In this document: in pieces, positions 38,371 to 47,383 of the stretch
How the letters are laid out: each line of letters opens with the position of its first letter
Numbering within the stretch: the stretch's first letter is position 1
DNA from: Candidatus Bathyarchaeia archaeon
GTDB taxonomy: Archaea; Thermoproteota; Bathyarchaeia; Bathyarchaeales; Bathycorpusculaceae
Assembly: GCA_049521795.1 (NCBI GenBank)
Contig: JBEKOM010000011.1
Location: 39,634 to 103,633 of the forward strand
Length of the DNA stretch: 64,000 nucleotides
Reading direction: 5' to 3'
Program-made: the position numbers and the translations under genes
The notes under the pieces: model-generated
What the model was told of the DNA's origin: nothing
What the model saw: the letters and a program-made list of their open reading frames with translations, nothing else
Database searches by the model: none

Positions 38371-38556
38371 CTAGGTTGCGAGGTCTTCTATTTCTGCTTT
38401 GGAAGCATTTTCCTTGACTGATGCTATTCCTTTTTGGCATCCCTCTTTTGATCCGTAACCTTGGCTTTCCGCTATAATCTCCCCATTTTGAGCTCTAAGT
38501 CTGAACCTGAATTTTCCTACCGCATCTTTGAATATTTCAAAACGTTCTCCTGCCAA
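38371..38556 (-). CDS. YegP/DUF1508 family protein
   Basis: FEIFKDAVGKFRFRLRAQNGEIIAESQGY.SK..C.KGI.SVK.NA; TTG after GAGGTG. Confidence 0.85.
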   Translation of the reverse strand: MAGERFEIFKDAVGKFRFRLRAQNGEIIAESQGYGSKEGCQKGIASVKENASKAEIEDLAT

Positions 38557-38701
38557 TTTCACACCTCTTTCATTCTTGGTTTTGGTTTGTGAAAACTTGT
38601 ATTTATAAATTTCCATCCGTGGTGCTGATTCGGGTTCTGGTGCATCTTAGGGTGATGGTTCTTCGTGGTGCAAATCGGGTGATAGCGATGATACTGACTG
38701 T

Positions 38702-38977
38702 CTACTTCGCCAAGTAATAATATTGACCTTTTATAATGTTTATTCTGATCTTGCCTTTTGCAACCAAATTGTTAAGAATTGTGGGGAATCCAAGGATGGC
38801 AATTCCAGAAAGCAACCCTACAACAACATTGCTAAAATCAGTCTGAAAGTTTATGCCATCCATTATTTCATCTGAGGTAAAAGCTTGTGCGTGACCTTTT
38901 TCTAAGAAGCTGATTATTCTTTTTTCCAGATCACTTAAGATTTGTCCTGATTCAAATTCGCTCCGACTTATGGGCAA
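38702..38977 (-). CDS. Small winged-helix-like hypothetical protein
   Basis: IISFL......AFTSDEI...L..LV.KGKI.......YY pattern; GGTGG RBS. Confidence 0.6.
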   Translation of the reverse strand: MPISRSEFESGQILSDLEKRIISFLEKGHAQAFTSDEIMDGINFQTDFSNVVVGLLSGIAILGFPTILNNLVAKGKIRINIIKGQYYYLAK

Positions 38978-39199
38978 TTTACCACCTACCCCAGTTTTGC
39001 TTTTTCAGGTTAAAAGGTTTTACTTTTCGCTGGATGCACTCTACCAAAATGAGCCCATAGTGATTTTTCTTTTGGTGATTCAAAGTTGCCTTATCAAAGG
39101 AGATATACGAAGTACAAGAAGAGACAAGCTCAAAGAAGAGTCACGGGAGTTCGCCACTAAAAAAGAGTCCATATACGATTTTTCTTCTGTGAGCCCTTT

Positions 39200-39409
39200 A
39201 TGAGTTATCGTCGAAGACCGTCTAAGCCTTGGCTTGTCGTCAGAAAACAGGGCAGACTTCCCGTAAGAGTTGTTCCCAGAGCGCATTTTCGCACGAAGAA
39301 ACGAGCCCAGAAAGAAGCAAGAGCCCTGCAAAGAGCTTACAAACCTAGAAAAGACATAAAATTCGTCGTGCGGAAAGAGGGCTGGAACAGAAAACGCTGG
39401 TGGTCTTGA
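39200..39409 (+). CDS. Small highly basic hypothetical protein
   Basis: 69 aa, Arg/Lys-rich, W.VV...F.TKK.A..EAR.L motif. Confidence 0.5.
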   Translation: MSYRRRPSKPWLVVRKQGRLPVRVVPRAHFRTKKRAQKEARALQRAYKPRKDIKFVVRKEGWNRKRWWS

Positions 39410-39481
39410 ATACTATCTATTTTTCTCCTGAGGCGTTAGACCAAAGAAAAGGGGGAAGGACTAATGCGAGTTAGTCCTTTT

Positions 39482-39691
39482 CTAACGCCTTCTAGTTCGG
39501 CACGCTAGCTCGACAATCCAAAGCAATGCTGAAGCGGCAATCAAATACCAACCTGCTTGAGACAGGGTGGAGTTTGCGGTGAATCTCTCGGTTGTCGTTC
39601 CAAGGATTTCAAAGAGGCATCCGAAGAACAACATTTCAGGGGGAAGGTTCTTCGGATTTTCGAGCTTTATGTGCACTCTTGCTTTTTTCAT
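39482..39691 (-). CDS. Small membrane protein
   Basis: 69 aa, two hydrophobic segments, basic C-terminus. Confidence 0.4.
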   Translation of the reverse strand: MKKARVHIKLENPKNLPPEMLFFGCLFEILGTTTERFTANSTLSQAGWYLIAASALLWIVELACRTRRR

Positions 39692-39902
39692 GTTTTACAC
39701 TGCTTTTTCTTCCTAGAATGGCTCGTATTGTGCACATCTTTCCACCCTGACTGCGCATAAGTTTTAAATGCTACAAGTAGCATTATCCTTATTGGCATTA
39801 GTAGCTAGGATGGCGATGATATGAGTCATTCTGGTTTCTATTTCAACCTTTCCTGTATAAAGCACTTTGTTTTAACCTACTATTGTAAGTTAGAGTATTT
39901 TG

Positions 39903-40185
39903 CTATTGTTTGGTGTCTTGATGGCTTGCGTTTTGGATTAGGGTTAACCACTTGTTTTTTCCTTCTACCTTTATTCCGCAAGCTTCAGCAGGTGTTTTTC
40001 CTTCTAATGCTCCATGTGGTCTTATGTAGTTGTGGAAAATCTGATAGCCTGAGAGTATGGGCGTGTCTTTTGTCTTGAGTCCTCGCATGGTTTTTTTCTC
40101 GGTCTCGGACCTCTCCGTTCATGCGTTCCATTTTGTTTTTGTTCATGTCGCCTCTTAGTCTGATGTGGCGTATGTGTTGAGCTTG
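39903..40185 (-). pseudogene. Truncated, frameshifted DDE transposase/integrase (IS6-like) C-terminal remnant
   Basis: HIRHIRLRGDMNKNKMERMNGEVRDREK joins MRGLK...YQIFHNYIRPHGALEGKTPAEACGI only if one A is removed from the A7 run (T7 at 40091-40097); no N-terminal part present. Confidence 0.8.
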
Positions 40186-40254
40186 AGAGAAAACCGTACG
40201 ACGACAACTTCAGAACGCCAGTGAAACTGAAACATAAATATTCCTAATGCATAT

Positions 40255-41523
40255 TTGCTAGATGGGAAGAAACTGTTGTCTGAAGCGCTGAAATTCTCCT
40301 CAACAGCCGTTAAGGCGTGGCTTGAACGCGAAACTGGGTCGATTTTCACTCCTGTTCATGCGAGGGCGCAGAAGCTGCTGAACGACGTGGGCAGAACGCT
40401 TGATAACCTTTCAGAAACTTCGAAGACTCTTTTGGACAATAGCGCAAGAGAAATCGAGAGAAGAAACATGAAGACCTACGGAAGAGCAAGAGCGATGAAC
40501 AAGCTGGCCCGGCTGTTCGTCGACAGAAATCGCCAAATGAAAGTTCCTGAAAAGGTGACGTATGAGAGTGCCAGCGACTTTGTACGGGAAACTCAAAAGG
40601 CGTTCTTAGCAACAGAAATTGACATTAGAAACTGGTTTCCACGGATCTCGCCCTTTTTCATCCTTGACAGAAGAAGATTCTTATCCGTTTTCGAGAAGGC
40701 AAAAGCCTTGTTGAAAGAGCTCGACGGCTTCGTCAGCAAGGAGTACGTTAAAACCAAGACTTTGGAGGACACGTTCCAGCTGATCGACGAGCTGTCGAGT
40801 CTTGAGAGCCAACTGAAGGTTCTGAGCGAACGAAAAGCGAAGGTTGAAAGCGCGAAAGCTTCGCTGGAGAAGGAAATCGCCGAAGCAAAACAGAAAATAG
40901 GTGACTTGAAAACGATGGGCAGCGTGGGCCAGCTTAGTCAGACGGGAACTGAGATAGAAGCCTTAAGCTTGGAAATCAAGCACAGCTTGCAACATCTTCA
41001 GAAACCTTTCATCAAGCTTCAATCTCTGGCAAGTCATGGTTCAGGAAGCGGTCTGACGCCTGAAGAACTGAACAAACTTGCCCAATACTTGGAAAATCCG
41101 TTTGAAGCTCTTTCAACAGAGGACGAAGGACACCCGCTGTTGAAGCAGGTACTTGAGAAGCTGCACATGTCTATCTCTGAGGACAAGCTGAAGCTGAAAC
41201 CCGAGAAAGCCCGCAAGGCTGAACAAGACATAAGCAACATCCTCAGGAACAATTCACTAGTAAATCTGCATCAACGATGCAGGGACGCGATGAGCCGAAG
41301 AACACAACTGTCCACATCAGAAGAAGTCGCTGCCACGCAGAAAGACCTCACAAAACTTCACGAGCACGTTGCAAACCTAACGAGAAGCAAGGGAGTTCAT
41401 GAGGGAGAAGAGCACTCGATCAACAGAACCTACGTTGAAACGGCTGAGAAGATCCAAAGTCACAAGAGCGAAATAGAGAAGAACATTTTCAGTTTCACGA
41501 ATAAGAGAGTCACGATCACGTAG
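40255..41523 (+). CDS. Hypothetical alpha-helical/coiled-coil protein
   Basis: 422-aa ORF with heptad-rich segments, no Walker A; 16 bp upstream of the phosphatase gene. Confidence 0.75.
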   Translation: MLDGKKLLSEALKFSSTAVKAWLERETGSIFTPVHARAQKLLNDVGRTLDNLSETSKTLLDNSAREIERRNMKTYGRARAMNKLARLFVDRNRQMKVPEKVTYESASDFVRETQKAFLATEIDIRNWFPRISPFFILDRRRFLSVFEKAKALLKELDGFVSKEYVKTKTLEDTFQLIDELSSLESQLKVLSERKAKVESAKASLEKEIAEAKQKIGDLKTMGSVGQLSQTGTEIEALSLEIKHSLQHLQKPFIKLQSLASHGSGSGLTPEELNKLAQYLENPFEALSTEDEGHPLLKQVLEKLHMSISEDKLKLKPEKARKAEQDISNILRNNSLVNLHQRCRDAMSRRTQLSTSEEVAATQKDLTKLHEHVANLTRSKGVHEGEEHSINRTYVETAEKIQSHKSEIEKNIFSFTNKRVTIT

Positions 41524-41539
41524 TTTCGAGGCGAGCTTT

Positions 41540-42469
41540 TTGCAGACAGGCCTTGCGCGGACTGTGAAGGAAGCGATGGAAATCCCGATTGATGGTTTCA
41601 CTAAACTGGTCGCGGAGGCAAGGCGGTTTCTTGAAAAGGAAAGCGGCAGAGTTGGCAACCTTCAAATCCTCGGAAGGCTCGTCAAGATGAAGCCCTTAGG
41701 CGAGGCAGTCGTGGTCGGTGATTTGCACGGCGACCTTGAGAGTCTGATTCAGATACTGCAGCAAAGTGAGATTCTGCAAAGAATGGAAAAGTCTCAACTT
41801 GTCTTCCTGGTCTTTCTTGGAGATTACGGTGATCGCGGTGAGTTCTCTGCAGAAGTCTACTACACGGTTCTAAGCCTGAAACTTCAACATCCAGCACAAG
41901 TGGTTTTGATGCGGGGAAACCACGAGGGACCAAAAGACCTTCTAGCATCTCCTCATGACCTGCCCCTGCAGTTTCAAAACAGGTTCGGAAAAGAATGGAC
42001 CGAAGCCTACAAGAGCATTCTCGAACTGTTTCCGCTTCTCTGCAATTCAGTGTTGGTAGAAGAGCGTTACCTGATTGTTCACGCGGGCTTACCTCAGCAG
42101 GCGCGGACGATTGAGGATTTCGCGTATGCCCACACGAAGCATCCGAAGGTGACGTTCCTTGAGGACATGCTTTGGAGCGACCCGGAGGAGTCTCTTGAAG
42201 GAACATATCCTTCTACAAGAGGTGCGGGCCATCTGTTCGGTAAAGACGTAACAACCGCCGTTCTGAAAGCGCTGAAAGTGAAAATACTGATACGTGGACA
42301 CGAACCATGTAGTGAAGGCTTCAAAATCGACCACGATGGCAAGATCTTGACGCTCTTTTCAAGAAAAGGTCCTCCCTACTGCAACACGTACGGTGCTTAC
42401 TTGGACGTGAACCTGTTCAAAAAGTTCCAAAAGGCAACGCAACTGATTCCGTACATTCACAAATTCTGA
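41540..42469 (+). CDS. PPP-family serine/threonine protein phosphatase
   Basis: GDLHG, GDYGDRG, RGNHE, HAG, LWSDP, RGAG..FG, IRGHE, TLFS. Confidence 0.9.
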   Translation: MQTGLARTVKEAMEIPIDGFTKLVAEARRFLEKESGRVGNLQILGRLVKMKPLGEAVVVGDLHGDLESLIQILQQSEILQRMEKSQLVFLVFLGDYGDRGEFSAEVYYTVLSLKLQHPAQVVLMRGNHEGPKDLLASPHDLPLQFQNRFGKEWTEAYKSILELFPLLCNSVLVEERYLIVHAGLPQQARTIEDFAYAHTKHPKVTFLEDMLWSDPEESLEGTYPSTRGAGHLFGKDVTTAVLKALKVKILIRGHEPCSEGFKIDHDGKILTLFSRKGPPYCNTYGAYLDVNLFKKFQKATQLIPYIHKF

Positions 42470-42546
42470 GCGCAACATGGCACAGAAACTTTAAGAAACA
42501 CAGCCTACAGCATTTTTCACAGGTTGAACACTGGAGAGTTCCTTTT

Positions 42547-43425
42547 TTGAGATTTGGAATCATAACGCGGAACAGAAACTCTTACAGTTCACTCCAAGTG
42601 CGGGAAGCCCTTGAAAGACGTGCAATTCCGTACGTGTGCTTCAGGTTTCCAAGGCTGATTGCGAGTGTAGGACATGCTTCGCTGACAAGGGTCGATAACG
42701 TTGACGTGCAGAAAGAGTTGGACGGACTAATAGTTCGCCCAATCGGGCGAGGCTCACTTGAAGAGCTGGTTTTCAGGATGGATGTCCTCTACAGACTTCA
42801 GCGTGCAGGCCTGTACATCATAAACCCGCCGGAGGCGATTGAACACTGTGCTGACAAGTACGACATCCTTGCTATCTTGGAAGAAAACGGCGTACCCGTA
42901 CCGCGCACAGCTGTGACCGAAAGCATCAGCGAGGCTCTGAGAGCTTTCAAGGAGTTAGGAGGCGACGTTATCGTGAAACCGATATTCGGCTCCAGAGGCA
43001 TAGGAGCCACAAGGGTAAACGATTCGGAAGTGGCTGCAACAGTTTTCAGGGCTGTAACATTCTATCATGGCGTCATTTATCTGCAGGAGTTTGTTGACCA
43101 CGGTTTTTCTGATATTCGCGCTTTCGTGGTTGGCAACCGGGTGGTCGCAGCGATGAAGCGTGTTGCACGCAGCTGGAAGACAAACTACAGTCAAGGTGCT
43201 AGGCCTTTGAAAATAGAGCTTGAAAAAGTCCATGAAGAAATCGCCGTCAAATCGGCCAAATCCATCGCTTGTAAGATAGCCGGAGTGGACATTCTTGAGA
43301 GCCCTTCTGGGCCTGTTGTGGTCGAAGTGAACAGTCAGCCAGGATGGCGTGGACTGCAGTCAGTTGCGACCGTTAACATTGCGGATGAAATTGTGGACTT
43401 TGTGCTTTCAGAGTTGAAGAAGTGA
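42547..43425 (+). CDS. RimK-family ATP-grasp alpha-L-glutamate ligase (MptN-like)
   Basis: DKY, PVPRT, KPIFGSRGIG, QEFV, DIRAFVVG, WKTN..QG, AGVDI, EVNSQPGW. Confidence 0.85.
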   Translation: MRFGIITRNRNSYSSLQVREALERRAIPYVCFRFPRLIASVGHASLTRVDNVDVQKELDGLIVRPIGRGSLEELVFRMDVLYRLQRAGLYIINPPEAIEHCADKYDILAILEENGVPVPRTAVTESISEALRAFKELGGDVIVKPIFGSRGIGATRVNDSEVAATVFRAVTFYHGVIYLQEFVDHGFSDIRAFVVGNRVVAAMKRVARSWKTNYSQGARPLKIELEKVHEEIAVKSAKSIACKIAGVDILESPSGPVVVEVNSQPGWRGLQSVATVNIADEIVDFVLSELKK

Positions 43426-44210
43426 GAAGCGTGCGAGAAGTTGAAATTCTGAGAATCGACGTTTCTAGCAGACAAGCAAATCAGATGAAAGACTGCGTAG
43501 CGCAGGAAAAGCCAATGCACCTTTTCTTAAACCGAACATTGTACGCCACCATTTTCTGCACTCCTTCAAAACTGAAGGAATTGGCGGTTGGGCATTTGGT
43601 CTCTGAGGGAATCTTAAAATCGATTGAGGAGATTGAAGAAGTCAACCTGAAAAAGGATGTTTGCAGGGTTAAGCTGAAACCCAGCGTTGACTTGAACAAA
43701 AGGCTAAGCTTGTCGAAGCATTTTCAGCGAGTTATTCTTTCAGCCTGCGGAAGCACGGGAACGTATACTCCTTCGCAAAGGTTGCCCAGAATCAAGTCAA
43801 ACTTGACGATCAAAGCAGAGACGGTGCTTGATTGCGTCAACTCTCTGAATCGCGCCGCAGAAATCTTTAGAAAAACCGGCGGGGTACACGCTGCTGCGAT
43901 TTTCAGCAGCGATGGAATTCTTATGGCTTCAGCTGAGGACGTTGGTCGCCACAACGCGGTCGACAAAGTTATAGGCATCACGATGATGCGCAAGACTAAT
44001 CTTGGAAAATGTTTTCTCACCTTGACTGGAAGAATGACAGGCGACATAGTGATGAAAGCGGCAAGATTAGGAATGCCCGTCGTAGCTTCCATGGCAGCGG
44101 CCATAGATTCTGGAATTGCTATTGCGAAGAAAGCCGATTTGACTCTGGTTGGGTTCGTCAGAGGGAAGCGCATGAATGTTTACAGCGTTCCTGAACGAAT
44201 TTTGTTATGA
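43422..44210 (+). CDS. fdhD: Formate dehydrogenase accessory sulfurtransferase FdhD
   Basis: TP..L.ELAVG.L.SEG, SACG, F..TGGVHAA, EDVGRHNAVDK.IG, GFVRG. Confidence 0.92.
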   Translation: MRSVREVEILRIDVSSRQANQMKDCVAQEKPMHLFLNRTLYATIFCTPSKLKELAVGHLVSEGILKSIEEIEEVNLKKDVCRVKLKPSVDLNKRLSLSKHFQRVILSACGSTGTYTPSQRLPRIKSNLTIKAETVLDCVNSLNRAAEIFRKTGGVHAAAIFSSDGILMASAEDVGRHNAVDKVIGITMMRKTNLGKCFLTLTGRMTGDIVMKAARLGMPVVASMAAAIDSGIAIAKKADLTLVGFVRGKRMNVYSVPERILL

Positions 44211-44220
44211 TGAAGCTCTT

Positions 44221-44856
44221 TCAACAGACGGAGGCTCTATGTCTGTCAAGAATTCCCTTGAGTGATGTGGCCGCTTGTTCAGGGCTCTTCGCTTTAAGGA
44301 TGGCTGAGGTGACGGCTATTCCATCCGCTCCAGCTTCAAGAACAAGGTGGGCGTTCTTTGGAGTTATGCCTCCAGCAGCAAATATCGGAATCGTGGTTCT
44401 GGATTTCGCAGCTCTGATCGTCTCAAGAGGCACGGTCTCGCATTGAGTGGCAGAAGACGTTGGAAAAATAGAGCAGAAGGAAACATAATTCGCTCCCATG
44501 GATTCGGCCCACTCTAGCCTTCTCAGGTTATTTCCCAATGTGTAGCCAACTATGCATCGTTCACCAAGTATTCGCTTGACCTCGTCTGGTACGACATCGT
44601 AGCTGTCGAAGTGTAACCCGTCGGCTTTGATCTCCTTAGCTAAGAGACAGTTGCCGTTGATGAGGAAAGGTACATCGAACTGTTCGCTCAGCTTGGATAA
44701 ATCTTTGGCCACCTCTAGCGCTTCGGAGTTTTGTCTCCCAGGAACGAATTGAAGCACGTCGACGCCTCCCTTCAAGGCTTTCTTGACCGCACTCAACACT
44801 TCATGAGAAGGTAAGATAGGGGCAATAACTAAGTACAGGCCTTCTAGCCTTTTCAA
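44221..44856 (-). CDS. ThiE/TenI-fold protein with degenerate pyrophosphate-binding site
   Basis: GLYLV, GGVD.LQ, ADGLH, IFPTSS, AAGGI, AGADGIAVTSAI; QxRxK, ND and TxTK motifs altered. Confidence 0.8.
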   Translation of the reverse strand: MKRLEGLYLVIAPILPSHEVLSAVKKALKGGVDVLQFVPGRQNSEALEVAKDLSKLSEQFDVPFLINGNCLLAKEIKADGLHFDSYDVVPDEVKRILGERCIVGYTLGNNLRRLEWAESMGANYVSFCSIFPTSSATQCETVPLETIRAAKSRTTIPIFAAGGITPKNAHLVLEAGADGIAVTSAILKAKSPEQAATSLKGILDRHRASVC

Positions 44857-44861
44857 ATTGG

Positions 44862-45929
44862 TTACTTCCGTCCTTCGCGGGAAGCTTTCCAGTAGGCTTC
44901 CCAGTAGGGGTCAGTCTTGGGTTTTTTCAGAGGTTGTTTTGCTCCGTCTTTTCTAACCCATCTGCCATCTTTAGAGCGTTTGACTTTGCCAATCACTTTG
45001 CTTCTTATCCCTTTCAAACTCAACTCATGTATGACTTCTTCAGCCTTTTCAGGATTCGCGCTGATCAACAGAGTTCCTTCGCTCAGAGTTGAATAGGGCG
45101 ATAGGCCGAAAAGATCACACACTCGTTTTGCTTCCTCAGTAACTATGACGTCGGTAAGCTCTATTTCCAGTCCAACGTGCGAAGCTTCAGAGAATTCGTA
45201 GAGGGCTCCAAACAAGCCTCCCTCTGTAACATCATGCATAGCTGTGACTCCTCGATCTCTTAAGCCAACAGAAGCCGCTGTCAATGCGTCCTCGACTACG
45301 CTAAACTGGCTCAGATATGATTGAGCTCTTTTCAAGAAAGATGTTCCGTAAGCCTTCTTAATTGTCTGAGGGAAGACTCTTGCAAGTATTCCGGTTGTCG
45401 CTATCGCAACACCTTTCGTCATTATCAGCAGGTCGCCTGGCTTGCTCATGCTGCTTGACACGTATTGTCTCTCTGGTACCACAGACATCATCACGCCTCC
45501 TCCTACAACTGTGTAGTCGGAACCAACGTATCTGCCGGTGTGTCCTCCGATGATGGCGATTCCTAGTCTTTTGCATTCAACGTGTATGTTCGTCCAGTAT
45601 TCTTCGAACTCTTCGTTGCTCATCCTGGGGGGAAGACTGAGATTTACCATCATGAATTGAGGCGGAAAACCGCAAGTAGCCAAGTCTGAGGCAAGCAGTT
45701 GTACTGAGAGATGTGCTGAGTCCTTAAGTCCTAATTCTGGGATCACCGATAGCGGATCAGCCGTCACGACGAGAACCTGATTGCAACCTAAGCGTACGAC
45801 CGCGTTATCACGACCATGGCCGGGTCCAACGATGACGTCTGCCCTTTCTGCTCCTAATCTGGGGTAGACAGCTCTCTCAATTAGATCCAACTCGAATTTC
45901 CCGATCTTCGGTTTAGTCATAAGCATCAC
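44862..45929 (-). CDS. AIR synthase (PurM)/HypE/ThiL-superfamily ATP-dependent enzyme
   Basis: G.DNAVV, TADP, SDLAT.G, IGGHT, PGDL, AMHDVTEGG, SEGTLL. Confidence 0.85.
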   Translation of the reverse strand: MMLMTKPKIGKFELDLIERAVYPRLGAERADVIVGPGHGRDNAVVRLGCNQVLVVTADPLSVIPELGLKDSAHLSVQLLASDLATCGFPPQFMMVNLSLPPRMSNEEFEEYWTNIHVECKRLGIAIIGGHTGRYVGSDYTVVGGGVMMSVVPERQYVSSSMSKPGDLLIMTKGVAIATTGILARVFPQTIKKAYGTSFLKRAQSYLSQFSVVEDALTAASVGLRDRGVTAMHDVTEGGLFGALYEFSEASHVGLEIELTDVIVTEEAKRVCDLFGLSPYSTLSEGTLLISANPEKAEEVIHELSLKGIRSKVIGKVKRSKDGRWVRKDGAKQPLKKPKTDPYWEAYWKASREGRK

Positions 45930-46599
45930 GGAACTTTACTGCTAATCCGAGGTAAGAACCAAACGGGAAAAAGGCTGATTCTTGGCTGCCGAGAGCTTTC
46001 GGAAAGACTGTTGTGCTCCAATAGTCAACGGTGTGCGTGTTGTGAAAGGTTTTTCTCAATATCCGCTTTATGTCTAGGATGGAGTAGAACTTCGCGTTTT
46101 TGTAAAATGGGTTCTTTCCCATCTTAACTTGGGCAATCCTCCGGATAGTGCTTAGGCTCCACTTGTTCATGAGTCCGATGATCATTCCTTTTCGAGCGAC
46201 CCTTGCGGCTTCCTGAAAAACTGTGCCGACATTCGGCATGTACTCTAGGCACGCTATAAAGGCTATTACATCAAAAGACCGGGATTTGAAGGGCAAGTGG
46301 TGAGATTCACCTTGTATCAATTGTCCATTAGGCCAGTGCTTCCTCGCTTCAACAAGCATGAGATGTGACAAGTCAAGCCCGCAGCATTCCAGCCCAAGAG
46401 ATTCCATCCATCTTGTGAAATGACCTGTTCCGCATCCCACTTCAAGCACTTTCTGTACATCACCAAACTGATTCAGAAGCTTCCTCAACAATTTCTTCTC
46501 AAGCACGTCTGCACGTCTGTACTTAGTCTGGTAGTATGCCTCGTATCCCTTGACTATTCGTTCCTGCAAATACCACGGTTCTTCTTGCATTCCACTCAT
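45913..46599 (-). CDS. Class I SAM-dependent methyltransferase
   Basis: VLEVGCGTG, GLDLS..ML..A, LPF....FD. Confidence 0.88.
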   Translation of the reverse strand: MSGMQEEPWYLQERIVKGYEAYYQTKYRRADVLEKKLLRKLLNQFGDVQKVLEVGCGTGHFTRWMESLGLECCGLDLSHLMLVEARKHWPNGQLIQGESHHLPFKSRSFDVIAFIACLEYMPNVGTVFQEAARVARKGMIIGLMNKWSLSTIRRIAQVKMGKNPFYKNAKFYSILDIKRILRKTFHNTHTVDYWSTTVFPKALGSQESAFFPFGSYLGLAVKFRDAYD

Positions 46600-47124
46600 C
46601 TAGGCTAGATAGGTAATGTCCAAATTTCTCCTGACTGCCACAAGAATTCCATAGGTTACTGGAACGAAAACAAGGTCCACCAATGTCCCGAAATCTAAGA
46701 TAGCCGTCCCGAACCCGAATGCATAGAAGTCCAGCCCAAAAAAGAGTAAGGTCTCAACTGCCACTCCGAAGATCATCGCGATTATCTCGTTTTTTTTACG
46801 AAGCAACCCCACGGTGAGACCCATCGGACCACGGGCAACTACTATTCCAAACAGAAACCAGTACGAGAACCCACCTGAAATTGTGCCTAACGTCGAGCCA
46901 AAAGAGTAGCCGATCGCAGATCCAATAACAGTCGAGATCAGTCCTGCTGCAGGGCCCAAGAGAATGCTTGTTACAAAGATAATAATCGGTGCCAGAGTTA
47001 TTGCGGCAAGCGGAGTGGGCATCGGTATGGCGATCACCGTTCCCACTGCAATCAAAGCAGCCAAAACAGATATCAAGGCAACTATTCTCGTTCGAGATAT
47101 TGGCACAGGTGTTTTCTGTTTCAC
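46600..47124 (-). CDS. ECF transporter S component, TPP-riboswitch controlled (thiamine/precursor uptake)
   Basis: TRIVALISVLAAL, IPMP, ILLGPAAG, 5-6 TM helices; directly downstream of the TPP aptamer. Confidence 0.8.
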   Translation of the reverse strand: MKQKTPVPISRTRIVALISVLAALIAVGTVIAIPMPTPLAAITLAPIIIFVTSILLGPAAGLISTVIGSAIGYSFGSTLGTISGGFSYWFLFGIVVARGPMGLTVGLLRKKNEIIAMIFGVAVETLLFFGLDFYAFGFGTAILDFGTLVDLVFVPVTYGILVAVRRNLDITYLA

Positions 47125-47220
47125 TTTTTTCCCTCCGCCAGCATTACCTGGATCAGGTTCTAAGGGTCGACGATGTTCAACCGTCCTCTCAGCCGGGTCA
47201 CAGTCCCAGCTCCCCGAAAC
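47125..47220 (-). ncRNA. TPP (THI-box) riboswitch
   Basis: Minus strand GTTTCGGGGAGCTGGG..CCCGGCTGAGAGGACGGT..ATCGTCGACCCTTAGAACCTGATCCAGGTAATGCTGGCGGAGGGAAA carries the CUGAGA, ACCUGA and GUAAUGC..CG.AGG consensus motifs with pairable stems. Confidence 0.95.
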
Positions 47221-47383
47221 CTATGAACGGTAGTGCCATCAATCGGTATAAAAGCGTTCTGGATGACACTTAACACTACGTAACCAACGAAACATGCGTT
47301 GCTTGGGAGATCGTGATCTGTTGCTGCTTCTCGCCGATCACACAGACTTAAAAACTTCATTGATCAATTAGTCTTGATGTTTC

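Noticed and set aside
40255-42469. Possible SbcC/SbcD (Rad50/Mre11) pair
   Set aside because: The coiled-coil protein has no Walker A/B or zinc hook, and the phosphoesterase has PPP protein-phosphatase motifs rather than Mre11 motifs.
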